This document shows positions 18,965 to 27,404 of a DNA stretch of 48,093 bases, piece after piece. Position numbers and translations under genes: made by a program. How positions within the stretch are numbered: the first letter of the stretch is position 1; every line of letters begins with the position of its first letter. Below the pieces are notes generated by a model. That model was not told the origin of the DNA and searched no databases. It worked only from the letters and a program-made list of their open reading frames with translations. The DNA is taken from NCBI GenBank assembly GCA_036565205.1, contig DATCNP010000185.1:1-48093 (forward strand). The letters run 5' to 3'. This DNA comes from Solirubrobacteraceae bacterium (GTDB lineage: Bacteria > Actinomycetota > Thermoleophilia > Solirubrobacterales > Solirubrobacteraceae).

Positions 18965-19115
18965 CGGCCCATCATGCGCTGCGCGGCGGACGGTTCAGTG
19001 GGCGGGCTCGCGGACAACAGTGCCGAATACGCAGATATCGCGCGAGCTGCCGCGGGGGGCAGGCTCCCACGTGTGCTGCCGCGGGTCTGCGTTGCCTCGG
19101 CTACGCTGGCGCGCA

Positions 19116-19865
19116 ATGGCCTCTCGCAAAGAGCAAAAGGAGCGGGCGCGTCAGGAGCGCCTGGCTGCCGAGCGAGCAGCAGCTGCCCGGGCGGCCCGTG
19201 CGCTGCGGATGCGGTTCGCCGGCGGCGGCGCGATCGCCCTGGTGGCGGTGGTCGCGGTCGTAATCGCGATCGCAAGCGGGGGCGGCGGGTCCAACGGCAC
19301 AGGCACGGGTACGCCGATCAGGCCCGCGGCGAATGGGGTCAAGCTCCCGGCGCTGAAGATCTCGAGCCTCCCCGCAGCGGCCAAGGCGGCCGGATGCGTA
19401 TCGATCGACACGCCCGACTCGATCGCTCGCACCGACGCGAACCGGACCCATGTGGCCGCCGGGACGAAGGTGCCGTATGCGACCAACCCTCCGAGCTACG
19501 GACCCCATTACCCGACGCCTGCATCGGACGGCGCGTACTCGCCCTCCAGCACCCCCGCGATTGGCTATTTGGTTCACGCGATGGAGCACGGCCGGATCGA
19601 ATATCAGTATCGGCCCGGGCTTCCAGCCGCCGATGTCAAGGATCTCGACGCGCTGTTCAATGAGGGCGACGGCCAATGGGCCGGCGGCCAGCTGCTCCTG
19701 TTGTTCCAGAATCCGACCAACATGCCCTACGCCGTGGCGGCGACAGCCTGGGGGCATGTGCTCGGCTGCAAGACCTTCAACCCGCGCGTGTTCGACGCGC
19801 TGCGCGACTTCCGCGTGGCCTACACGAACCAGGGTCCCGAACAGCTCGGAACCGGCCCGGAATAG
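19116..19865 (+). CDS. DUF3105-family membrane-anchored protein
   Basis: ATG at 19116 after TACGCT. Basic N-terminus plus TM. Motifs YATNPPSYGPH, LVHAMEHGRI, VAATAWG, QGPE. Confidence 0.8.
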   Translation: MASRKEQKERARQERLAAERAAAARAARALRMRFAGGGAIALVAVVAVVIAIASGGGGSNGTGTGTPIRPAANGVKLPALKISSLPAAAKAAGCVSIDTPDSIARTDANRTHVAAGTKVPYATNPPSYGPHYPTPASDGAYSPSSTPAIGYLVHAMEHGRIEYQYRPGLPAADVKDLDALFNEGDGQWAGGQLLLLFQNPTNMPYAVAATAWGHVLGCKTFNPRVFDALRDFRVAYTNQGPEQLGTGPE

Positions 19866-19878
19866 GCATCCGCCTCGC

Positions 19879-21633
19879 TCAGCCGTTCGCCTCGTCGACG
19901 ATCAGCGCGCTGAACGGCGGGCTGCCGGGCGGCGAGACCTGGAACGAGAGTCCCCACTTGCCGACCATGATCAGCGCGGGAGCGGCGCGGGAGTAGAGCC
20001 CGGGACGCGTCTCGCGGAGCTGGTATTGCTGCTGGGGCATCTGCATTTCCAGGTGGTTGAAGGTCAGCGTCACGCTGGCTCCGCGCACCGGCAGGCCTCC
20101 CCGCGTGATCCGCAGCGCGAACGAGTCCGGAGCCGCGGCCTTGTTCGGCGAGACGAGCACCTGAAGCTCGTAGCCGGCGCGTGAGACGGTCCGCAGCACT
20201 CGTCCCGGTCCGACCTGGGCGATCGCCGAGCTCTGAAGCGCGAACGCCGGCGGTGGTGGCGCGAGACTGGACAGAACGGCGGCGGTGAACACGGCGCCGG
20301 CGACCACCACCGCCTCGGTGCCGATCAGCCGCCGCAGCAGCCCCGCAGCCGCGCTCCCCACCTCGGGGCGCTCGCGCGCGGCGATCAGGCGAGGTCTGGC
20401 GCGCAGAAGGTTGCCGGACGCGAGCCCGATCGCGGCCGCCAGCAAGCCGATCTTGACCAGGATCGCGACGCCGTATCCGGTCTGCCAGAGCGCGCTCAGA
20501 GCCGGCATGTGGATGATCGTCGCGCCGGTTCCGCTGGCCAGCAGCACCAGCACCGAGAGCAGCGCGACGTTGGAGAAGCGGGGCACGATCACGCTGAGCG
20601 CGGGCACACGCCGGCCCTCTCCGGTGGCGAACCAGAGCACGAGCAGGCCGATCAGCCCTCCGATCCACAGCGAGCCGGAGATCAGATGGACCCAATCCAG
20701 CGGCACCGACACCCCCCGAGGCGACGTCTGCCCGGCGTGGCCGATCGCGCCCGGGATGACCAGGACCGCGGCCGCCGCCATGAGTGCGCCGGTCTGGGCG
20801 GCGAGCTCGGCCACCGAGCGGCGCTCTCGATCCGGGCGGTCGACCCACAGCGAGATCCAGCCCGCCACGCAGAACAGCCCGAAGCACAGCTCCATGTCGA
20901 GATAGCCGCGGCCGAACGCGGTCACCCGGAACAGCGGCACGAGCGCTCCGAGATCGAACACCGAACGCAGCGAGTCGTTGGCGATCGCGAAATCGAGATA
21001 CACGGGAATCGCGATCAGCCCCAGTACCGAGGCGACGACGAACGCTCTGGAGAGCGCGCGCAGCCTCGTCCCGCGCGCCCGCCTGACCGCAGGACGAGCG
21101 ATCAGCGACCTCATCACGTACAGCCCGATGGCGCTCATCACGGTCAGGAACATCGCCCAGCGCGCGATCAGCAGCTGCGGCGTGACCGCAGTGGCCGAGA
21201 CGCTCGGCACAGGAAACTGCGGGGCCGGACCCGGGTTCGGCCCAACCGCGTAGGTGAACGCGCCCTGCACCGGGTGTCCGTCGACGGAGATCGCGCGCCA
21301 GTAGATCAGGTACCACCCTTCGGGCAATCTCGGGCGCAGCGGCACGAGCAGCGTGTCGGGATTCGCCGGTGAGCGGCGCACCGTCCCGGAGGTCTGCTGC
21401 TTGCCCGAGGCGTCGGTGACCGAGATGATCGCGAACCGCGGCTCGACCGCCTCGTCGAAGGTCAGCGCAACCGACCTCGGAGGTGCGTTCAGGACCCCGC
21501 TCGCGGTTGGCGAAGTGCGGATCAGATACGCGTGTGCCGACGCGGCGGCCGGCAGCGCCGCCGCGGCTACCGCTACGAGCAGCGCCAGCAGGATCCGGCC
21601 GCGGGCGCCAAGGCCGGCACGGCTGGGGCTCAC
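19879..21633 (-). CDS. CopC-CopD fusion with C-terminal YtkA/FixH-like Ig domain (copper uptake/resistance)
   Basis: GTG at 21633 overlaps the upstream stop. Signal peptide ending ASA|HAYL (N-terminal His), ISVDGH, CopD GHAG and HLISGSLWIGGL, RFSNVA, C-terminal HLEMQM...GLY...MVGKW. Confidence 0.88.
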   Translation of the reverse strand: MSPSRAGLGARGRILLALLVAVAAAALPAAASAHAYLIRTSPTASGVLNAPPRSVALTFDEAVEPRFAIISVTDASGKQQTSGTVRRSPANPDTLLVPLRPRLPEGWYLIYWRAISVDGHPVQGAFTYAVGPNPGPAPQFPVPSVSATAVTPQLLIARWAMFLTVMSAIGLYVMRSLIARPAVRRARGTRLRALSRAFVVASVLGLIAIPVYLDFAIANDSLRSVFDLGALVPLFRVTAFGRGYLDMELCFGLFCVAGWISLWVDRPDRERRSVAELAAQTGALMAAAAVLVIPGAIGHAGQTSPRGVSVPLDWVHLISGSLWIGGLIGLLVLWFATGEGRRVPALSVIVPRFSNVALLSVLVLLASGTGATIIHMPALSALWQTGYGVAILVKIGLLAAAIGLASGNLLRARPRLIAARERPEVGSAAAGLLRRLIGTEAVVVAGAVFTAAVLSSLAPPPPAFALQSSAIAQVGPGRVLRTVSRAGYELQVLVSPNKAAAPDSFALRITRGGLPVRGASVTLTFNHLEMQMPQQQYQLRETRPGLYSRAAPALIMVGKWGLSFQVSPPGSPPFSALIVDEANG

Positions 21634-22505
21634 GCGCCCACGTTCAGCGTGTACGGCGCGGTCAGGACCCGGCCGGCCACCCGCATCTGGAGGAACAGCC
21701 GCCACGTCCCGGGGACGGGGAGCAGGACCCCCAGCATCAGCTTGCCGGGAGCGGTCGCGTGGCCCGAGATGCGAGCGCTGCCAAGCACGCTGGAGCAGTT
21801 GGGCGTGCTCGCCGCGCACACGTGCGTGTGGAAGTAGTCGAGCGAGCCGCTGTGGAAGAAGATCGCGTGGGCGAGCGCGCCGAACCAGGGCACGAAAGCG
21901 ACCTTGCGCCCGTGGGGGTCGGTCACCGCGACGTTGACGAAGGCGGCTTGGATCGCGTGAAGCGACGGACGGCCCTGCATCTCGAAGCGGTAGCCGTCGA
22001 TGACCTGGTCGGCCTTGAACGCGGGCAGTCTCCGCTGCCGGTAGGCGCCGCCGACCCGGACGTCGCGGAACAGCTGGAAGTTCGGCTGGCCGCCGGGGAT
22101 GTTCGGATAGATGTCGACCAGCACCCGGTAGGGACCGGGGGCGGGGAACGTGACCGTCTGGCGCAGCAGGCCTGTCGGGCTGATCGGGGGGTGGTCGTGG
22201 ATGATGAAGGCGAGGTCGTTGCGGACGATGATCAGGTGCACGCCGGTGTGCGGTCCCGGCCCCGTCTTGTAGGTGGTCAGCGGCTTGCCGTCGGGGAGCT
22301 GGACCGTGAACGAGACGGTCGTCGGACGCCCCGCGCGGATCGGGCCGTTGGGCGTGAACGAGCCGAGCTTGAATACCCGCGCCGGCTGGATCGCCGGCAC
22401 TGTCACCCCGCCGCCCGAGCTCGAGCCGCAGCCGGCCAGCGCGGCCGCGAGTGCCGCCAGCGCGAGGACCGCGAGCGACCGGCCCGCCGTCCGGCGGTGC
22501 CTCAT
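21630..22505 (-). CDS. His-rich lipoprotein, putative metal-binding (two-repeat secreted protein)
   Basis: Lipobox LAGC. Repeats HTGVHLIIVRNDLAFIIHDHP...FPAPGPYR and AHAIFF...DYFHTH...PVPGTWRLFLQ. Confidence 0.75.
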   Translation of the reverse strand: MRHRRTAGRSLAVLALAALAAALAGCGSSSGGGVTVPAIQPARVFKLGSFTPNGPIRAGRPTTVSFTVQLPDGKPLTTYKTGPGPHTGVHLIIVRNDLAFIIHDHPPISPTGLLRQTVTFPAPGPYRVLVDIYPNIPGGQPNFQLFRDVRVGGAYRQRRLPAFKADQVIDGYRFEMQGRPSLHAIQAAFVNVAVTDPHGRKVAFVPWFGALAHAIFFHSGSLDYFHTHVCAASTPNCSSVLGSARISGHATAPGKLMLGVLLPVPGTWRLFLQMRVAGRVLTAPYTLNVGA

Positions 22506-23548
22506 TTCAGCGCTGCCCGGAGTGCGGCTGCCACCTCGTTGCGGCCGAAGGCGCCCTCGAGCCGGGCGGTGATCACGCCGCGGCGGTTGACGACGAACAG
22601 CCAGGGCTCGGTCCGCAGGTGAAAGGCCTTCAGCTGCGGACGCAGTCCGAGCTTCGGCTGGTTGTCCACGTAGACCTCCTCGTGGATGAACGTGATCCGG
22701 TTGCCGAACTCGTGCTGGAGCTGGACGGCGATGTCCGTGACCGGTCCGCAGACGCGCGAGATGCAGAACTGCGGCGTGGAGAACAGCAGCGCCACCGGCC
22801 GCTTGCCGAGCACCGACGAGAAGGACGCCGACTGCATGCTCTCGGCCGGGATCCGCGTCGTCATCAGCGCCGTCTTTCCGTGGACGCTGGTCGCGGTGTC
22901 GGTCGAGACCGGCGGAGGCTTCTGGCCGACGTCCGGGATCGGGGAGGAGCCGGCCACGGCGATCTCCCCGGGCGCGCCGATCAGGCCGTTGGCCGTGCGG
23001 GTCATCGAAAGGACGGTGAACGTGCCCTTGTGCGGCACCGGCAGCGTGGTGGCATAGATCGCCTGGATGCCGCCTGGGCCGGCGTTCTCGCGGCTGCGGT
23101 ACTGCGGCAGCACCGACATCGGGTCGGCCGGGGCCAGGAACGGGCCCTTCGCCGGGGCGTTGGGGTTCGCGGCGATGTAGATCGCCGTTGGCGCGTAGAT
23201 GAACGCTCCCGAGCTCGCGTTGAGCGCGAACGCCAGGCGCCGCTGTCCCGGTGTGAAGGTTCCGGTGGCGGCTCCGAACATCGCGCTCGAGCGCACGAGG
23301 CCCCCGAGCTGCTGAAGTGAGCGCCCCCCGGCGGGCGGGAACTGCGCGGCCTGCGGGTGCTCCGCGGCCGGGAGCTCATCGACGGCGGGCGGCAAGCCGG
23401 TCGCCGAGGACGAGGTCGTGACAGACGCGGCCGCACTCGAGCTCGACGAAGTCTTGGTGGACGAGGCCCCGCAGCCGGCGAGCGCAACCGCGCCGGCTGC
23501 GAGCGTTGCCAGGACGCGGACGGTGGGGATTCTCATGTTCTTGATCAT
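22502..23548 (-). CDS. Lipoprotein with C-terminal thioredoxin-like domain (CxxxxC)
   Basis: Lipobox LAGC. LLFSTPQFCISRVCGP, FIHEEVY, cis-Pro-like EPWLFVVNRRGVI. Alternative start at 23536. Confidence 0.75.
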   Translation of the reverse strand: MIKNMRIPTVRVLATLAAGAVALAGCGASSTKTSSSSSAAASVTTSSSATGLPPAVDELPAAEHPQAAQFPPAGGRSLQQLGGLVRSSAMFGAATGTFTPGQRRLAFALNASSGAFIYAPTAIYIAANPNAPAKGPFLAPADPMSVLPQYRSRENAGPGGIQAIYATTLPVPHKGTFTVLSMTRTANGLIGAPGEIAVAGSSPIPDVGQKPPPVSTDTATSVHGKTALMTTRIPAESMQSASFSSVLGKRPVALLFSTPQFCISRVCGPVTDIAVQLQHEFGNRITFIHEEVYVDNQPKLGLRPQLKAFHLRTEPWLFVVNRRGVITARLEGAFGRNEVAAALRAALK

Positions 23549-23740
23549 GTCGCCTTCACGTGTTGACGGCGGTTAGGAACCGCGGACCTCGGCGGTTAGG
23601 GCCGGCATCCGGCGCTGCGGCGGAGCGGCGCAGCGGCGCTGGGAGCTGGTCGCATCCCCGAAGGTATCTACGCCGGGCCGTGTCCTGCGCCGCAACCGGG
23701 CTGCAGGGGGCGGGGCCAGACGGCCTGAATCCCCGCTCTT

Positions 23741-23773
23741 TGCGTGTAAACATCCTGTGATCACGGAGTTTGC
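23741..23773 (-). promoter_or_regulatory. PHO-box-like repeats (reverse orientation) in the divergent region upstream of the response regulator
   Basis: Minus strand GCAAACTCCGT GATCACAGGAT GTTTACACGCA, 11-bp period. Confidence 0.5.
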
Positions 23774-23812
23774 GGCCAAAAGGCTGCGCTCCCGTGCATT
23801 ACAGTGCCCGGC

Positions 23813-24667
23813 ATGTCGCCCGAGCGGAGCGACGCGCCGCCTGGGGCAGTCCCGCAGCGCTCGCACAACCGGCTCCGGCTCGCGATCGTCGATCGCGACC
23901 CCGGTTTCATGCAGGTCCTCGCGAATCGGCTCGAAACGCTCGGCTGGGATCACCGCGCCCTGGCCAGCCCGGTGGCCGGTGACGCGCTCGTTCAGATGCG
24001 CCTGAACGCGCTGGTGCTCGACATGGCCGTGCTCGGAGCCGACGGCTGGGAATACCTCGAGCGGATCTGTTCTCGGCTGCCGGGGCTGGCGGTGATCGTG
24101 TGCACCGGCCCATCGTCGGTCGCGCAGCGAGTTCGTGGGCTGCGGCTCGGCGCCGACGCGTGGATCACCAAGCCCTGCCATGCCGAGGAGCTGATCTGCG
24201 TGATCGAGGCGGCTGTCCGTCGTCATCGTCGCAACGAGATGCCCGAGCTGCAGGCCTCGGCTCGCGTCGGCGAGATCACCGTGCGCCCGGACCTCTACCA
24301 GGCTTATGTCGAGGAGGTGAGCCTCGAGCTGACCGCTCGCGAGTTCGAGATCCTCCACCTGCTCTCGAAGTCCGATCGCGTACTGCGTCGCGAGGAGATC
24401 TACGAACGAGTCTGGGGCTACGCGATGGCCCACGGAGATCGCTCGGTCGACGTGTTCGTGCGCAAGCTGCGCCAGAAGCTCCGCGCGGCATCGCCGGACT
24501 GGAGCTACATCCACACGCACTTCGGCGTCGGCTACAGGTTCGCGCCCGATCGCGACGGCGGCCAGGAGCAGGCCGAGCCGCTGAGCGCCCCGGCCACGAC
24601 GCTCGACGCCCCCGCCGCCCCGCTCGCCGACGCCGCGGCCGAGTTCGGCACCGCGCTGGCCGGCTGA
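23813..24667 (+). CDS. PhoB/PhoP-like (OmpR family) response regulator with atypical receiver
   Basis: Leaderless TACAGT-7 nt-ATG. Receiver AIVDRD / LVLDMAV / CTG / GADAWITKPCH. wHTH LTAREFEIL...VWGY...DRSVDVFVRKLRQKL...IHTHFGVGYRF. Confidence 0.9.
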   Translation: MSPERSDAPPGAVPQRSHNRLRLAIVDRDPGFMQVLANRLETLGWDHRALASPVAGDALVQMRLNALVLDMAVLGADGWEYLERICSRLPGLAVIVCTGPSSVAQRVRGLRLGADAWITKPCHAEELICVIEAAVRRHRRNEMPELQASARVGEITVRPDLYQAYVEEVSLELTAREFEILHLLSKSDRVLRREEIYERVWGYAMAHGDRSVDVFVRKLRQKLRAASPDWSYIHTHFGVGYRFAPDRDGGQEQAEPLSAPATTLDAPAAPLADAAAEFGTALAG

Positions 24668-24714
24668 GCAGCCGCGCCTTGCGCGCGCTGTGAAGTTGCG
24701 CCGCGTCGATCTCT

Positions 24715-24758
24715 GGTCACAAGTTGTTCACGCCTGTTTCACGCGCGGGTAACGCTTG
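24715..24758 (+). promoter_or_regulatory. PHO box array: four 11-bp direct repeat units
   Basis: GGTCACAAGTT GTTCACGCCTG TTTCACGCGCG GGTAACGCTTG, then 16 nt to -10-like AACCAT (24775-24780). Matches the actinobacterial GTTCAC 11-nt repeat unit. Confidence 0.85.
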
Positions 24759-24791
24759 GAGGCGCTCGCGGGAGAACCATCCAGCTCGACG

Positions 24792-25157
24792 ATGTCTGCC
24801 GCGGCCGAGTCACAACGTGAGGTGCTTCAGGTTGGCCCGCTCACGATCCTTCCCGACGAGAACCTGGCTCGCGCGAGCGGGCGGGCACTGATGCTCTCGA
24901 GCCGGGAGCTGCGCCTGCTGATTGAGCTCGCCCGCCGCGCCGACCGGATCATGTCGCGTGAGCAGCTGTACAGCCTCGTGTGGGGTCGCGAGCTACGCGC
25001 CGGAGACCGCTCGGTCGACGTCTACGTCCGCAAGCTGCGGGTGAAGCTCGAGAGCGCCCTGCCGGGCTGGTGCTTCATCCACACCCACTTCGGATTCGGC
25101 TACAGGCTGGCTCCGGAGCCCTCACAACACGACAACGGCCGGTTCACAACTGATTAA
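24792..25157 (+). CDS. Stand-alone OmpR/PhoB-type winged-helix DNA-binding protein (no receiver domain)
   Basis: ATG at 24792, 121 aa. LSSRELRLL...VWG...GDRSVDVYVRKLRVKL...FIHTHFGFGYRL. No room upstream for a receiver domain. Confidence 0.85.
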   Translation: MSAAAESQREVLQVGPLTILPDENLARASGRALMLSSRELRLLIELARRADRIMSREQLYSLVWGRELRAGDRSVDVYVRKLRVKLESALPGWCFIHTHFGFGYRLAPEPSQHDNGRFTTD

Positions 25158-25163
25158 CACCTT
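25120..25163 (+). promoter_or_regulatory. PHO box array of the pstS promoter, embedded in the 3' end of the wHTH gene
   Basis: CCTCACAACAC GACAACGGCCG GTTCACAACTG ATTAACACCTT, then 16 nt to -10-like GACACT (25180-25185). RBS AAGGAG at 25204-25209. Confidence 0.8.
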
Positions 25164-25215
25164 CGGGTCGGCCGGCGCAGACACTGTGCCCACTTACATG
25201 ATCAAGGAGACGAAA

Positions 25216-26331
25216 TTGCTTACACGACGATTCGGATCGCTCGCGATCCTGGCGGCGGCGACACTCGGGCTCGCGGCCTGCGGCTCGAGCAGCTCGAGCA
25301 GCAGCTCCAGCGCCGCGGCGCCGTCCTCCAGCTCATCGAGTGCAAGCAGCGGAGGGTCGGCCACGATCAATGGCGCCGGCTCCACGCTGGCAGCGCCGAT
25401 CTACAACCAGTGGGGCCAGAACGTGTCCGGCCAGGGCCTGACGGTCAACTACAACGCGCTTGGCTCGGGTGCTGGGATCGCCGGCCTGCAGGGCTCGACG
25501 ATCGACTTCGCCGGGAGCGACCCCGCCGAGAAGCCCTCGGAGATCAAGCAGGGCAAGGGCCCGGTGCTCCAGTTCCCGGTCGCGTTCGGCGCGATCACCG
25601 TTTCCTACAACCTGCCCGGCGTCAAGACCGGGCTGAAGCTCGACGGCATGACGATCGCCAACATCTTCCTGGGCAAGATCAAGAAGTGGAACGATCCGGC
25701 GATCAAGGCGCTGAACGCCGGCGTCAGCCTCCCCAGCAGCTCGATCACAGTCGTCCACCGGTCGGACTCGTCGGGCACCACCAAGGGCTTCACCACGTTC
25801 CTGGCCGATTACGACCCGGGGTGGGCCAAGGTCGCCGGAGCGCCGGACAAGACCGCCAAGTGGCCGGTCGGCACCGGCGCGCCGAAGAACGCGGGCGTTG
25901 CGGCGGCGATCAAGCAGACCAGCGGCGCAATCGGCTACGTCGAGCAGGCCTACGCGCTCCAGAACGGGTTCACCTACGCGTCGGTTAAGAACAGCGCCGG
26001 AAAGTTCATCACCCCGACGCTCCAGGCGACCTCGGCGGCGGCGACCGGCGTGAAGGTGCCTTCGAACCTGGGCATCAGCACGATCAACGCGCCCGGGGCC
26101 AGCGCCTACCCGATCGTGTCCCAGACGTTCCTTATCGTCTACAAGGACATGTGCAAGGCGGGTCGATCCTCCTCGGCGGCCTCCGGGGTCAAGAAGTTCC
26201 TGGCCTACGGGCTCGGCGCCGGCCAGAAAATCGAACAACAGCTCGACTACGCCCCGCTTCCGGCCAGTCTGCTGGCCAAGGACCAGACCCAGCTGGGGCA
26301 GCTCAGCTGCAACGGATCGCCGGTGTCCTGA
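25216..26331 (+). CDS. pstS: Phosphate ABC transporter substrate-binding lipoprotein
   Basis: TTG start 6 nt after AAGGAG. Lipobox LAAC, GAGST, GSGAG, DFAGSD, HRSDSSGTT, GAIGYVE, YPI. Confidence 0.96.
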   Translation: MLTRRFGSLAILAAATLGLAACGSSSSSSSSSAAAPSSSSSSASSGGSATINGAGSTLAAPIYNQWGQNVSGQGLTVNYNALGSGAGIAGLQGSTIDFAGSDPAEKPSEIKQGKGPVLQFPVAFGAITVSYNLPGVKTGLKLDGMTIANIFLGKIKKWNDPAIKALNAGVSLPSSSITVVHRSDSSGTTKGFTTFLADYDPGWAKVAGAPDKTAKWPVGTGAPKNAGVAAAIKQTSGAIGYVEQAYALQNGFTYASVKNSAGKFITPTLQATSAAATGVKVPSNLGISTINAPGASAYPIVSQTFLIVYKDMCKAGRSSSAASGVKKFLAYGLGAGQKIEQQLDYAPLPASLLAKDQTQLGQLSCNGSPVS

Positions 26332-26336
26332 CGGGC

Positions 26337-27404
26337 GTGCAGGTGGAAGCAAGCGCAACCCCGGTCGGCGGCGGCCGCTCGTTCTTCGAGCGGTCGCCGT
26401 TGAGCCGCCTTCCCGACCGGATCCTTCAGTTCGGACTGGCAGGGATCGCCGCCGGCGTGCTCGTGTTGCTGGCGGCGTTCTTCGCCGTGCTCGTGAGCTC
26501 GTCGTCCAGCGCGTTCAGCCACATAGGGATCCTCAACTTCCTGTTCCACAACAACTGGGACACGTCCCAGCTCCAGCAGGGGCAGGGATGCGCGGTCGGT
26601 GGCCACTGCACGTTCGGCGCCTGGCCGATGGTCCTCGGCACCCTGTTGACGGCCGGGATCGCGCTTGTGATCGGAGTTCCGATCGCCGTCGCCACAGCGC
26701 TGTTCCTGACCGAGCTGTGTCCGCGGAGACTCCGCGGCCCGCTGTCGCTGCTGGTCGATCTGCTGGCGGCCGTCCCCTCGGTGGTCTACGGCCTCTGGGG
26801 TTTCATCGTGCTCGCCCCCAAGCTGCGCGGTTTTCAGCAGTTCCTCGCCGACAAGCTGTCATTCCTCCCCTTCTGGGCCGGGCAGGTCGCCGGCCCGAGC
26901 TACTTCCTCGCCGGGCTGATCCTGGCCGTGATGATCCTGCCGATCGTCTCGGCGATCTCCCGTGAGGTGATCGCGACCGTGCCGGCCGAGAACAAGGAGG
27001 CAGCGCTCGCCCTCGGCGCCACGCGCTGGGAGATGATCCGCTACGCCGTGATCCCGTATGCGCGTCCTGGCATCACAGGCGGCGCGATGCTGGGGCTGGG
27101 GCGCGCGATCGGCGAGACGATCGCGGTCGCGTACGTGATCGGCGGCTCGACCACGCTCGGGCACTCGATCTTCCAGCAGGGCCAGTCCTTGGCCGGGGTG
27201 ATCGCGTTGCAGTTCGGCGAGGCGGAGAGCACACCGCTCTACAAGTCATCGTTGCTGGCGGCAGGGCTGATCCTGTTCGTGCTGACGCTTGTGGTCAACC
27301 TCATCGCCCGGCGGTACGTAGTCCGGGCCGGACGTTCGAAGCGGATCGGCGGCGGCATCCTACCCGGACTCGGCGATCCGGCACCGGAACCTGGGCCGGC
27401 ATGA
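26337..27404 (+). CDS. pstC: Phosphate ABC transporter permease PstC
   Basis: LLAAVPSVVYGLWG, LILAVMILP, EAALALGATRWE, LGLGRAIGETIAV. Start is GTG 26337 or 26343. Confidence 0.95.
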   Translation: MQVEASATPVGGGRSFFERSPLSRLPDRILQFGLAGIAAGVLVLLAAFFAVLVSSSSSAFSHIGILNFLFHNNWDTSQLQQGQGCAVGGHCTFGAWPMVLGTLLTAGIALVIGVPIAVATALFLTELCPRRLRGPLSLLVDLLAAVPSVVYGLWGFIVLAPKLRGFQQFLADKLSFLPFWAGQVAGPSYFLAGLILAVMILPIVSAISREVIATVPAENKEAALALGATRWEMIRYAVIPYARPGITGGAMLGLGRAIGETIAVAYVIGGSTTLGHSIFQQGQSLAGVIALQFGEAESTPLYKSSLLAAGLILFVLTLVVNLIARRYVVRAGRSKRIGGGILPGLGDPAPEPGPA

